A stretch of 64,000 nt of DNA from Patescibacteria group bacterium (GCA_028718605.1 JAQULM010000001.1:519006-583005); one strand, 5' to 3'. Positions 1-9,365 are shown, counted from the stretch's first letter. Numbers and translations are program-made. Notes: generated from the sequence alone by a model not told the origin.

Positions 1-2
1 GT

Positions 3-662
3 GACCTCGACGGCACCGTCATCGCGAGCATCGTCGGCAAAGACGAGCATGAGTTCGCCGAAATGGCGGAACGCCTGCTCCCCGGCGAATTTTCGGCTGT
101 CGAACTCGCACTGTCGTGCCCCCATACGCCGGGGTATGGCACGCTCGCTGGCCAGAATTCGCCCGAGAACACGGAAAGCATCACCCGCGCAGTGCGCGAA
201 AAAACCAAGCTCCCGCTGTTCGTGAAGCTCTCGCCGAATTCCAGCGCGATCGCAGACGTCGCGCGTGCCGCAGAAGCGGGCGGCGCTGACGGCATCACGG
301 CAACGAACACCATGGGACCTGGAATGGTCATCGACATACAGACAGGGCAGCCGATCCTGGATTTTAAAATGGGCGGTGTATCTGGTCCGGCACTACGGCC
401 AATCGCTGTACGGTGCATCTATGATATTTATAAAGCAGTGCGGATTCCGATCATCGGGTGCGGCGGCATCACGTACGGCCGCGACGCAATCGAAATGATG
501 ATGGTTGGCGCATCTGCCGTTGAAATCGGCACGGGCGTTTATTACCGCGGCATCGATGTTTTCAAGAAAGTATGCCGGGAAATTGAGTCCTTCATGGAAA
601 TAAACCGCTATGCATCGCCGAAAGATTTTATCGGACGGACGCATAAACTGGAAGAAGTATAA
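3..662 (+). CDS. pyrD: dihydroorotate dehydrogenase catalytic subunit (class 1B), 5'-truncated at window edge
   Basis: Frame-3 translation from the window start matches PyrD (…GGADGITATNT…SGPALRPIAV…GCGGI…). Followed by its pyrK partner. Stop TAA at 660-662. Confidence 0.8.
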   Translation, partial: DLDGTVIASIVGKDEHEFAEMAERLLPGEFSAVELALSCPHTPGYGTLAGQNSPENTESITRAVREKTKLPLFVKLSPNSSAIADVARAAEAGGADGITATNTMGPGMVIDIQTGQPILDFKMGGVSGPALRPIAVRCIYDIYKAVRIPIIGCGGITYGRDAIEMMMVGASAVEIGTGVYYRGIDVFKKVCREIESFMEINRYASPKDFIGRTHKLEEV

Positions 663-666
663 TACT

Positions 667-1491
667 ATGGAACGGCCTCTTGGTACCATCGAACAGCCTC
701 GCTCCCTGCCGATCAAGAAAATCGTGCAGGAAAACGCGAACGTACGGACGTTTTACTTTGCCACCGAAATGAAGGCAAAACCAGGCCAGTTTGTCATCAT
801 GTGGATCCCCCGCGTGGACGAGAAACCGTTCAGCGTCTCGGTAAATGAAAAGGGAACGCTGGGCTTGAGCATCGCGGATGTCGGCCGATTTACCCACAAG
901 CTATTCACGCTGAAGGTTGGGGATTATGTCGGTATCCGCGGACCGTACGGATCCTGGTTCAAGCTTGAACCGCGCGCAAAGCGCATACTCCTTGTTGGCG
1001 GCGGGTATGGCGTTGCGCCACTCGCATACCTCGCGGAACAGGCAAAACACGCTGGTATCGCAGTAGATTTCTGCATCGGCGCCCGGACGAAAGACCTCCT
1101 GATGTTTGAAAAACGCTTGCGGGACCTCAAGGCGACGCTCCACGTTGCAACCGACGACGGTTCCGCGGGCCAGCGCGGGTTCGTCACTGAAGCCGCGAAT
1201 GCGTGTATGGAAAAAAATACGTACGACTCCGTATACGTCTGTGGCCCTGAAATGATGGAGAAAAAACTCGTTGAACTCTGCGCCGGGCGCACAATCCCGT
1301 GCCAGGTGAGCATCGAGCGGTACATGAAGTGCGGCTTCGGCATCTGCGGCCAGTGCTGCGTTGACGGCTCCGGCGCGCGGATGTGCACTGAGGGGCCGGT
1401 CGTGACCGGCGAGTACGCGAGCAAGCAAACGGAATTCGGCTCGTACCACCGTACCGGCAGCGGAATGAAACAATACTACCATGGACACTAA
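667..1491 (+). CDS. pyrK: dihydroorotate dehydrogenase electron-transfer subunit (FAD/2Fe-2S)
   Basis: ORF 610..1491; start chosen at ATG 667 (MERPLGT…), just after the pyrD stop. FAD/NAD-binding-like fold with C-terminal Cys cluster CGFGICGQCC. Confidence 0.8.
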   Translation: MERPLGTIEQPRSLPIKKIVQENANVRTFYFATEMKAKPGQFVIMWIPRVDEKPFSVSVNEKGTLGLSIADVGRFTHKLFTLKVGDYVGIRGPYGSWFKLEPRAKRILLVGGGYGVAPLAYLAEQAKHAGIAVDFCIGARTKDLLMFEKRLRDLKATLHVATDDGSAGQRGFVTEAANACMEKNTYDSVYVCGPEMMEKKLVELCAGRTIPCQVSIERYMKCGFGICGQCCVDGSGARMCTEGPVVTGEYASKQTEFGSYHRTGSGMKQYYHGH

Positions 1492-2776
1492 CCTGCGTAA
1501 CTGCACACTCACGGACGACCGCCGGGTCGATATTGCCATCCGCGAAGGAAAAATCTCGGCGATCGGCGCAATTGAAGGCAAAGCGCGTGAGATCAACGCC
1601 GGCGGCAATCTCGTACTTCCTGGCATCATTGATGCGCACGTGCATTTCCGTGAACCAGGCGCAGAGCATAAAGAGGATTGGCTCACGGGTTCCCGCGCTG
1701 CAGTCGCGGGCGGCGTGACGACTGTCATTGACATGCCAAACAACGAACCGCCGGCTGTCGACGAACACTCGTTGAATATCAAACGCGGCCGTGCACAAAA
1801 AAGCCTGGTGAATTACGGATTTTTCCTCGGCGCAACGAAAGATAATCTTGCGGACATCCAGGACGCGCGTACCATCGCGGGCGTAAAACTATTTATGGGA
1901 GCATCAACAGGCACGCTGCTCGTCTCTGAGGACGAGGATATAAAAAACCTCCTGTCTATTCCTGGAATCCGCTGGGTCGTGCATGCCGAGGACGAACGTC
2001 TAATCCAAGAAAATTTGGTACGATATGCAGCTAATGATAACCCTTCAGTGCACTCGCGCATCAGGAGCCGGGAAACCGCGATCCGCGCAGTCCAGCGCAT
2101 TATCACACTCGCAGAAAAAACCGGAGCACGCGTGCACATCTGCCATTTAAGCACCGCGGAAGAAATCGAACTCGTAGCGCGCGCCAAGCGCAGCCACCTG
2201 CCAATAACCTGCGAAGTGTCCCCCCATCACCTCTTTCTCAATTCCACGGCATACGTGAAGTTCGGCAATTTTGTAAAAGTCAATCCGCCGCTCCGCACGC
2301 CTGACGACAGTGCGGCGCTCTGGGAAGCACTGCGGAATGGTACGATCGATATCGTCGCGACAGACCATGCCCCCCATACCATTGACGAAAAATGGAAGGA
2401 ATACCAACAAGCTCCCGCTGGCATCCCAGAAATCCAAACATCGCTACCACTCATGCTCAACGCTGTTTATCAGGGAAAATTCTCGCTCCAACTGCTCGAA
2501 CGCCTCATGGCTGCACAACCAGCCGCATTGTACGGCATCAAGGGCAAGGGTGCGCTTGCCGAGGGCTTCGATGCGGACATCACGGTTGTCGATTTACGCC
2601 AAACGAAAACGTTCAAAAAGTCCGACGTCAAGTCAAAATGCGGGTGGTCCCCATACGACGGGTGGGAACTTGCCGGGTGGCCGATCATGACGTTTGTTAA
2701 TGGCAATCTCGTGTATAATAACGGTGCGATACATAATGAATTCCAAGGAAAGGAAATCTCTTATGAAAAAGTATAA
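1481..2776 (+). CDS. pyrC: dihydroorotase (amidohydrolase family)
   Basis: 431 aa; DAHVHFREPG metal-binding motif; position within the pyr cluster. Confidence 0.8.
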   Translation: MDTNLRNCTLTDDRRVDIAIREGKISAIGAIEGKAREINAGGNLVLPGIIDAHVHFREPGAEHKEDWLTGSRAAVAGGVTTVIDMPNNEPPAVDEHSLNIKRGRAQKSLVNYGFFLGATKDNLADIQDARTIAGVKLFMGASTGTLLVSEDEDIKNLLSIPGIRWVVHAEDERLIQENLVRYAANDNPSVHSRIRSRETAIRAVQRIITLAEKTGARVHICHLSTAEEIELVARAKRSHLPITCEVSPHHLFLNSTAYVKFGNFVKVNPPLRTPDDSAALWEALRNGTIDIVATDHAPHTIDEKWKEYQQAPAGIPEIQTSLPLMLNAVYQGKFSLQLLERLMAAQPAALYGIKGKGALAEGFDADITVVDLRQTKTFKKSDVKSKCGWSPYDGWELAGWPIMTFVNGNLVYNNGAIHNEFQGKEISYEKV

Positions 2777-3434
2777 AAAAGACTTCATTGAATTCCTCGC
2801 AACGACCGGTGCGCTCAAGTTCGGCGAATTTACCCTGAAGAGCGGCAGGAAATCACCCTACTTCTTCACAACGGGCAATTTCAATGCCGGCGAGACAATC
2901 TATCGCCTTGGCTACTTCTACGCCGCCGCCGTCAAGGGCGACGAGAAAAAATTCGATATCATTTTCGGGCCAGCATATAAAGGGATTCCGCTCGCTGTGT
3001 CAACGTCTATCGCTCTTGCGAAAAAATTCAAAATCGACAAAGGATATCTTTTTGACCGGAAAGAAACGAAAGAGTACGGCGACAAGAGCGCGTTCGTCGG
3101 CTGCGAGCCGCGGGGGAATGAAAAAATCCTCCTGATCGATGACGTCATGACGACCGGCAAAACCAAGGAGGACGCGGTTGAAAAACTGCGAGCGAGCTTC
3201 CCCCATATCACGATTACAGGCCTCGTCATCGCCCTGAACCGTGAGGAAACTGACGCGGACGGCAATGACGCACTGAAAGAATTTGAAAAAAAATACAGCA
3301 TCCCCGTCACTTCAATCATCACGATCCATGACGTACTTAAGCACCTGCATAATAAAACAATAGACGGAAAAATCTACCTTGATGACGTCATGAAGGAAAA
3401 TATCGAGCGTTATCTAAAAGATTACGGAGTCTAA
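2763..3434 (+). CDS. pyrE: orotate phosphoribosyltransferase
   Basis: FGEFTLKSGRKSPYFF and LIDDVMTTGKT (PRPP-binding) motifs. Start chosen at ATG 2763, which has an AAGGAAA RBS 7 nt upstream and overlaps the pyrC stop. Confidence 0.75.
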   Translation: MKKYKKDFIEFLATTGALKFGEFTLKSGRKSPYFFTTGNFNAGETIYRLGYFYAAAVKGDEKKFDIIFGPAYKGIPLAVSTSIALAKKFKIDKGYLFDRKETKEYGDKSAFVGCEPRGNEKILLIDDVMTTGKTKEDAVEKLRASFPHITITGLVIALNREETDADGNDALKEFEKKYSIPVTSIITIHDVLKHLHNKTIDGKIYLDDVMKENIERYLKDYGV

Positions 3435-3444
3435 CGCACCACCT

Positions 3445-4266
3445 ATGGACGCTAGGACGACCCAATCGTATACAGAACGCGCCAAGCAAGCAACCAACCC
3501 GGTTGCGAAGCAGCTTTTCGAACTGATGGAACAGAAAAAAACGAACCTCTGCCTCGCGAACGACGAATCTGATGTTGAAAAATTCCTCGGCCATATCGAA
3601 CAGCTGGGCGAATACCTCGCGGTTTTAAAAATGCACGTGGACATCCTGGAAAACTTCACCCCGGGCGTGATTGTAAAAATCCGCTCGCTCGCGAAAAAAC
3701 ACAACTTCCTTATTTTCGAGGACCGGAAATTCGCCGACATCGGCAATACCGTATCAATGCAGTACGAAAAAGGTGTATATAAAATTGCCGAGTGGGCGCA
3801 CCTCACCAATTGCCATGTAATCCCCGGCCCTGGCATTATTGAGGGCTTAAAAACTGTTGCGGACAAGCAAACAGAACCGCGCGGCCTGATACTCCTTGCC
3901 CAGATGAGTTCAAAAGGCAATCTCGCCACTGACGAATACACCGCACAAGCCGTAACAATGGCTGAACACTACCCTGGTTTTATTGTCGGATTTATTGGTA
4001 ACGGCGGTAAAGTGAAGGAGCTAAAAAAACTGTCCGCTATCGCCTCACCTCAATTTATTATTCTAACGCCGGGCGTGAACCTGACATCAACGGGAGATAA
4101 GCTCGGCCAGCAATACACGACACCTGCGGATGTCATCGCCGCCGGCGCTGACGTGATAATCGTCGGCCGCGGCATCTACAGCGCATCCGACCCTATCAAA
4201 GCAGCGGAACAGTACCGTGCCGCCGGCTGGGAAGCATACTTAAAAAGAATAACCAATGCCCAATAA
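3445..4266 (+). CDS. pyrF: orotidine 5'-phosphate decarboxylase (long form)
   Basis: 273 aa, OMPDC-like (…LCLANDESD…FEDRKFADIGNTV…). Confidence 0.8.
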   Translation: MDARTTQSYTERAKQATNPVAKQLFELMEQKKTNLCLANDESDVEKFLGHIEQLGEYLAVLKMHVDILENFTPGVIVKIRSLAKKHNFLIFEDRKFADIGNTVSMQYEKGVYKIAEWAHLTNCHVIPGPGIIEGLKTVADKQTEPRGLILLAQMSSKGNLATDEYTAQAVTMAEHYPGFIVGFIGNGGKVKELKKLSAIASPQFIILTPGVNLTSTGDKLGQQYTTPADVIAAGADVIIVGRGIYSASDPIKAAEQYRAAGWEAYLKRITNAQ

Positions 4267-4374
4267 CCAATATCCAATTACTGGTCATGGGACATTATAA
4301 TAATTGGTCATTCATTGGAAATTGGATATTGGGGAATTGAATAATTTAAAAAACTTCAATTAATTACGCTACCT
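4267..4374. promoter_or_regulatory. AT-rich intergenic region with a 13-bp perfect inverted repeat (CCAATATCCAATT … AATTGGATATTGG) and nested TGGTCAT repeats
   Basis: Palindromic arms about 45 bp apart, read directly in sequence, between pyrF and the carbamoyltransferase gene. Candidate operator or terminator region. Confidence 0.3.
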
Positions 4375-5310
4375 ATGAAACACTGCCTCCACCTCAAAGA
4401 CTGGCAAGCCGACGAAATACGCGCTGTTATCGAGCGCGCGATGGAGATTAAAAAAAACCCTGCTGAGCACGGCGACGTACTGAAAAACAAGACGCTCATC
4501 ATGCTGTTCCAAAAGGGATCAACGCGCACCCGGCTCTCGTTTGAAGCGGGAATGACGCAGCTCGGCGGGCATGGTATCTTCATTGACCAAAAAACAACGC
4601 AGTTCTCGTTGACTGATTTCCGGGACGAGATACGGGCAGTGATGCGGTTCGGCGATGTCCTGATGTTCCGCGCTTTAAAAGCCGCGGACGTGCTCACCGC
4701 AGCCTCGTTCAACCAGATACCGGTCATCGACGCGTGCTCAGAAAAGTACCACCCCTGCCAGGCATTGGGCGACCTCCTGACAATGGCTGAGCATTCAGGC
4801 GGATTAGATAAAATTAAAAAAGTCGTCTGGCTCGGCATTGAAAATAACGTTTCAAACACGCTGAAACTCGCATGCGCTAAGCTCGGGATTGACGTATGGA
4901 TCGCCGCGCCAAAAGCGCACCAACCGAGCATTGATCCAGAATTGAACAAGATGGCTGATGCCACGGGTAAAGTTCATACAACGCTCGACCTCAAAGAGGC
5001 AATGGAGGGTGCGGACTACGTGCATACCGACACCTGGGTCGATATGGAATTCTTCGACAATGGCAAGGTAAAGCCGAGCTTCCAGGAAGAGTTTGACGCG
5101 CGGGTCGCGATGTTCAAGCCGTACCAGCTCAACGCCGCCCTGCTCGAAAAGCACAATCCCAACGCGAAAATCATGCACTGCATGCCCTGCCATATCGGCT
5201 ATGAAATAACGTCCGATGCTATCAACCACCCGAATTCAGTCATCTTCGACCAGGCAGAGAACCGGATGCACATCCAAAAAGCGATCATCTTGCATCTGCT
5301 CGGGAAATAA
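4375..5310 (+). CDS. carbamoyltransferase of the ATCase/OTCase family with ornithine-carbamoyltransferase-like motifs
   Basis: STRTR carbamoyl-phosphate motif, HPCQALGDL, DTWVDM, HCMPCH (OTC-like HCLP), and an OTCase-type C-terminal tail FDQAENRMHIQKAI. It sits where pyrB would be expected. Confidence 0.7.
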   Translation: MKHCLHLKDWQADEIRAVIERAMEIKKNPAEHGDVLKNKTLIMLFQKGSTRTRLSFEAGMTQLGGHGIFIDQKTTQFSLTDFRDEIRAVMRFGDVLMFRALKAADVLTAASFNQIPVIDACSEKYHPCQALGDLLTMAEHSGGLDKIKKVVWLGIENNVSNTLKLACAKLGIDVWIAAPKAHQPSIDPELNKMADATGKVHTTLDLKEAMEGADYVHTDTWVDMEFFDNGKVKPSFQEEFDARVAMFKPYQLNAALLEKHNPNAKIMHCMPCHIGYEITSDAINHPNSVIFDQAENRMHIQKAIILHLLGK

Positions 5311-5668
5311 TATCCACGCTCCCTATCCTGCAAAATACTCGAAAATGATTAAGCACCAAAAAGGTTTTTAGAATCGCGGGGTCCAGGGGCTTCTTAATCA
5401 AAATTCCTTCTTCCCCGCCCATATAAAAAATATTGCTGAAATTGAGCGAGGAGGAATGGTCCGCCCTTTGGGCGAGACCGCGGTGTCCTGTTCGAGCGTA
5501 CGAGCGTGCCCATGGGCACGCGAGAAGCGAGTTACACCGCGGAATGACGACGAGCCAATTTCAGACAATTTTTTATCCTGGGCGGAATCTCTTTTCTGTC
5601 ACTTTTCTTGATTCGAAGAAAAGTGACAAAGCTACTCTTGGCGCCAAGAAAAGTGGCAATATAATCAC

Positions 5669-5735
5669 TTTTGACCAGGCTGAAAACCGGATGCACATCC
5701 AGAAGTCAATTATCCTGCAGCTGCTCGGGAAATAG
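5669..5735 (+). repeat. direct repeat copy 2 of the last ~66 nt of the carbamoyltransferase gene (native copy 5243-5310)
   Basis: TTTGACCAGGCTGAAAACCGGATGCACATCCAGAAGTCAATTATCCTGCAGCTGCTCGGGAAATAG compared with the native TTCGACCAGGCAGAGAACCGGATGCACATCCAAAAAGCGATCATCTTGCATCTGCTCGGGAAATAA. Ends in a stop codon and encodes …FDQAENRMHIQKSIILQLLGK. Confidence 0.8.
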
Positions 5736-5884
5736 CACGAACGAAACCTCGTCAAAATCAATCTGATAAACTCGGTTGTTTTGGCTTACCCTTGACAAAT
5801 AAAATAATCTCTGCTAATATTTCTTGTCATTACGCAAACAATGGCTCTTTGATTCTCTTCACACTACCCCTCGGGGAGGTATAT

Positions 5885-6394
5885 ATGTCCAGATCTCGCA
5901 TCACCTTAGTTATGGGAATGTTTATGCTGCTCACGGCCTCCATCCTCAACTACGGATGCAGTGAACAGCCGCAAGCACGGATCGAAGAAGAGGGGCTGCT
6001 CTGCCCGATCGACACAAACCTCAAAGCTACAATCAACAGGTATTTCACTCAAAACCCCATCCCGGCCGCCACTCGAAACGACACCACCTGGATCAGGGCA
6101 ATCGTCCTTAAAAAGGATCGTATTTTCACCACGTCCATGGACTTAGCTCTCGTCCTCTACTGTGAGAATGGGGAGCTAAGGAACTTGACTCCGAGCGGTT
6201 TTGCGCTCCCGGTGATAATCGACATGAACACACCGGTTGGCAGTGAAGTCTGGTTCTTCGATAAGAGGAAGATACGTGATGAGTATATTCACGATTCGGA
6301 AATCAGACTAATTAAGGAAGATGCTGTCTGTATCCCTGATCGCGTATTCACTGGGCCACCCCCAGCGTCACCAACAGCCGATTCGACCCTCTAG
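5885..6394 (+). CDS. hypothetical secreted protein / lipoprotein-like, carried on the island between repeat copies 2 and 3
   Basis: GGGGAGG RBS then ATG at 5885; N-terminal signal peptide MSRSRITLVMGMFMLLTASILNYGC; no recognisable domain. Confidence 0.45.
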   Translation: MSRSRITLVMGMFMLLTASILNYGCSEQPQARIEEEGLLCPIDTNLKATINRYFTQNPIPAATRNDTTWIRAIVLKKDRIFTTSMDLALVLYCENGELRNLTPSGFALPVIIDMNTPVGSEVWFFDKRKIRDEYIHDSEIRLIKEDAVCIPDRVFTGPPPASPTADSTL

Positions 6395-6420
6395 TATCGC
6401 TCCTATCAGAAATCTCCCTG

Positions 6421-6451
6421 CCTCCCGGCTTACTACAAGTCGGGAGGTTTT
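6421..6451 (+). terminator. rho-independent terminator
   Basis: CCTCCCG-gcttactacaagt-CGGGAGG hairpin followed by TTTTCGTTT, directly after the 5885..6394 CDS. Confidence 0.5.
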
Positions 6452-6454
6452 CGT

Positions 6455-6520
6455 TTCGACCAGGCAGAGAACCGGATGCATATTCAAAAAGCGATCATCC
6501 TCCATCTACTCGGAACGTAG
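6455..6520 (+). repeat. direct repeat copy 3 of the carbamoyltransferase 3' end
   Basis: TTCGACCAGGCAGAGAACCGGATGCATATTCAAAAAGCGATCATCCTCCATCTACTCGGAACGTAG, ending in a stop codon. Confidence 0.8.
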
Positions 6521-6698
6521 GGGGTGCATACAAGGACCACGCAATGCCAGACAGCTACCCTTGGCTGCCTTCGGGCCTGGTTTTTGATTTGAAAAAAATA
6601 CCTAATATGGTAAAATATCCCCATATAGAGGGCCTGAACCCTCTCTCCATTTTTAAATCCCGTATTGTTCCGCTGCATCCCTTTAATCCGCACCAATC

Positions 6699-9365
6699 AT
6701 GTATCTCCAAAAACTAGTAATCCAGGGCTTCAAATCATTCGCAAACAAAAGCGAGTTGGAATTTACCCCCGGCGTTACCGCAATCGTCGGCCCGAACGGT
6801 TCCGGAAAATCGAATATCGCCGATTCAGTCCGGTGGGTCTTGGGCGAGCAGAGCCTCAAGACGCTCCGCGGCAAGAAATCCGAGGACGTGATTTTCGCAG
6901 GCTCTGACAAGAAAACCAGGCTCGGGTACTGCCAGGTTGATTTGCATTTGAATAATGAGGACCGTACGGCACCCGTCGACTACCAGGAAATCGTGATCTC
7001 GCGTAAAGTGTACCGTGACGGCGAGGGGGAATATTTCATTAATAAAAACCGCGTCCGGCTCCAAGATATACTGATGCTGCTCGCAAAATCAAACTTTGGC
7101 CAGCGTTCCTACAGCATCATCAGCCAGGGAACGGTCGACCTGTTCCTCGCGGCCACGCCGCTCCAGCGCAAGGAATACTTTGATGAAGCGGCTGGCGTGC
7201 GGCAATTCCAGATCAAAAAAGAGCAGGCAGAGCATAAACTAGCCCTAACGAAGGACAATTTGTACCAGGCAGACCTCCTTACACAGGAAATCGAGCCACG
7301 TTTGCGTTCGCTGACGCGGCAGGTGCGCAGGCTCGAGCGCCGCGAAGAGGTAACGAAAGAACTGAAAGAACTCCAGCATACGTACTACGGGGGTTTGTGG
7401 CACGATTTAAAAAATAAACGTGAGCATGAACAGCAGCAATACAACCTCGCGGAACTGAAACAGCATGAAGCGGAAACCGCCCTGCAGGAAATCCAAAACA
7501 ACATGCAGCAGCTTGCGCTCGGCTCGACGCGCCAGGAAGAATTCCAGCAGCTGCAGCGCGAGTATGATACGGTGATCACCCGAAAAAACGCTCTCCTGAA
7601 AGACCAGGCAGTGCTCAAGGGCAGGACGGAGGCTGACCGAGAACAACGCGGCGAATTCGACCTGGTATGGCTCGAACGAAAACAGGAACAGCTTGCACAC
7701 GAAACCAACGCACTTGCAACAAGTATCAAAGAATTTAAAACAGAAGAAGAACGGCACACCGACCAACTGAAGGTGAAGGAACGTGAGCTGAAAGAGCAAG
7801 ATATGCAGCATGTCGCCCTCTCCAATAAACTCCGGATGGCGAAAGAAAAGCTGCAGCAGAAAAAATCTATCGCGCTCCCTGACCTCGCGCGTGAAATCGA
7901 GGATATTTATAACCGATTTAACGGCCTCCTGGAAAAAATTAACGCCGCTGCCACCATCGAGGAGGTTAAAGTCCTCCGCGCTGACCTTAAAACACTCGTG
8001 ACCGAACTCGCCCAGCTGAATCACCGCCTCGGGGGCTCGAATGCAGGTGACCCCCGTGATGTGATCGAATTGCAGGATGCAATTGCCGAACTCCTAAGTG
8101 CGAAAGACGCACTTCTCACTACGATCAACGATTTTCGCGTAAAAATCCAAGTATCCCAGGAACGCGTCTCCCTCAACCAACGCCAACTTCAATCCGTCGA
8201 ACAAGAGCGCGAAAAGGTAAAAAATGAGCTTCAGCGTCTTACCACACGGATCTCGGCATCGGAGCGCGCGGCTAACATTTTAAAGGAAGAACAACAATTA
8301 AACCAACAAATCAAGCAAATCGACTCCTCACTCGCCGATATCAACCGCAAACTCGAGAAATTCAACCATGAAGAACAGAAGAAAAAAGAGGAAGTATTTG
8401 CGCTCCAGACAACCTTCTCAAAAAAGCAGGAAGAACTCAATCGCATCACAGCGGGATTAAACGATATCCGAGTAGAAATCGCCAAGGTCGAAACAAAACA
8501 GGAAGATATCGAACGGGAAATGGTCGATGAGCTGGCTGACGATGAACGCAACAGCATTTTCCAGCTTAAAAACCCTCCGGCACCGCAACCGCCCCTGTTC
8601 CAGGATATACAGAAGCTGAAACACCACCTCGAGCTGATCGGCGGCATTGATCCCCAGGTCAGCAAAGAGTACGAGGAAACCCAGAAGCGTTTCGACTTCC
8701 TGACGCACCAGAGCACTGACCTGCGAAAAGCCATCGAGGACCTGGAAGAGGCGATTGAAAGCTTAGACGAAACGATTAAAAAACAATTCAGTAAAGCATT
8801 CGAACAAATCAATAAGCAATTTACCGAATACTTTAAAGTGCTGTTCAATGGAGGCAACGCAACGCTCACGCTCGTAAAAGAAGAGCCGCGCTCGCCTGAA
8901 ACAGACGAAGCCGACGGGGAAGACGGCGAGGACGTTGACGAGGCGGAATCCAAGCCTGCGGCCGTGCCAGAACCGAAACCAATTTTGCATAAAGAAAAAA
9001 TTATTACTGGCATTGACGTGCATGCGACGCCGCCGGGGAAACGGCTGCGAGGCATCAGCATGCTCTCAGGCGGGGAGCGGGCGCTGACGTCCATCGCTCT
9101 TATCTGTGCAATCATCCACAATAACCCGTCGCCATTCGTTATCCTGGACGAGGTCGACGCAGCGCTCGATGAATCGAATTCAATCCGGTTCGCTTCGATC
9201 GTCGAACGGCTCTCGAAGCGTTCGCAGTTTATCGTCATCACCCACAACAGGGCGACGATGAACAAAGCCCGGATTCTCTACGGGGTTACCATGGGCGATG
9301 ACGGCGTATCCAAACTCCTGTCTATCAACATCCAGGAAGCGGAAAAAGTCATCGCGGAAGCCTAA
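6699..9365 (+). CDS. smc: chromosome segregation protein SMC (short, 888 aa, no obvious hinge domain)
   Basis: N-terminal Walker A (GPNGSGKSN). C-terminal LSGGERALTSIAL…ILDEVDAALDE…FIVITHN signature/Walker B/D-loop. Long coiled-coil middle. Confidence 0.85.
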   Translation: MYLQKLVIQGFKSFANKSELEFTPGVTAIVGPNGSGKSNIADSVRWVLGEQSLKTLRGKKSEDVIFAGSDKKTRLGYCQVDLHLNNEDRTAPVDYQEIVISRKVYRDGEGEYFINKNRVRLQDILMLLAKSNFGQRSYSIISQGTVDLFLAATPLQRKEYFDEAAGVRQFQIKKEQAEHKLALTKDNLYQADLLTQEIEPRLRSLTRQVRRLERREEVTKELKELQHTYYGGLWHDLKNKREHEQQQYNLAELKQHEAETALQEIQNNMQQLALGSTRQEEFQQLQREYDTVITRKNALLKDQAVLKGRTEADREQRGEFDLVWLERKQEQLAHETNALATSIKEFKTEEERHTDQLKVKERELKEQDMQHVALSNKLRMAKEKLQQKKSIALPDLAREIEDIYNRFNGLLEKINAAATIEEVKVLRADLKTLVTELAQLNHRLGGSNAGDPRDVIELQDAIAELLSAKDALLTTINDFRVKIQVSQERVSLNQRQLQSVEQEREKVKNELQRLTTRISASERAANILKEEQQLNQQIKQIDSSLADINRKLEKFNHEEQKKKEEVFALQTTFSKKQEELNRITAGLNDIRVEIAKVETKQEDIEREMVDELADDERNSIFQLKNPPAPQPPLFQDIQKLKHHLELIGGIDPQVSKEYEETQKRFDFLTHQSTDLRKAIEDLEEAIESLDETIKKQFSKAFEQINKQFTEYFKVLFNGGNATLTLVKEEPRSPETDEADGEDGEDVDEAESKPAAVPEPKPILHKEKIITGIDVHATPPGKRLRGISMLSGGERALTSIALICAIIHNNPSPFVILDEVDAALDESNSIRFASIVERLSKRSQFIVITHNRATMNKARILYGVTMGDDGVSKLLSINIQEAEKVIAEA

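Noticed and set aside
1-225. Frame-1 ORF 1..225 at the window start
   Set aside because: It is out of frame with the PyrD-matching translation (frame 3), which continues from the window edge. The frame-1 product has no similarity to anything.
5243-6520. Diversity-generating retroelement (template/variable repeats) as an explanation for the repeated carbamoyltransferase 3' end
   Set aside because: Substitutions between copies are not adenine-specific, copies are only ~66 nt, all three keep a stop codon in frame, and no reverse transcriptase gene is nearby.
7385-9265. Long antisense ORFs inside smc (7385..7825, 7407..8024, 8231..9265 on the minus strand)
   Set aside because: They lie opposite a well-supported SMC coiled-coil coding region. 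Their Ser/Cys/Arg-rich low-complexity translations are typical antisense artefacts of Glu/Lys/Leu-rich coiled coils.
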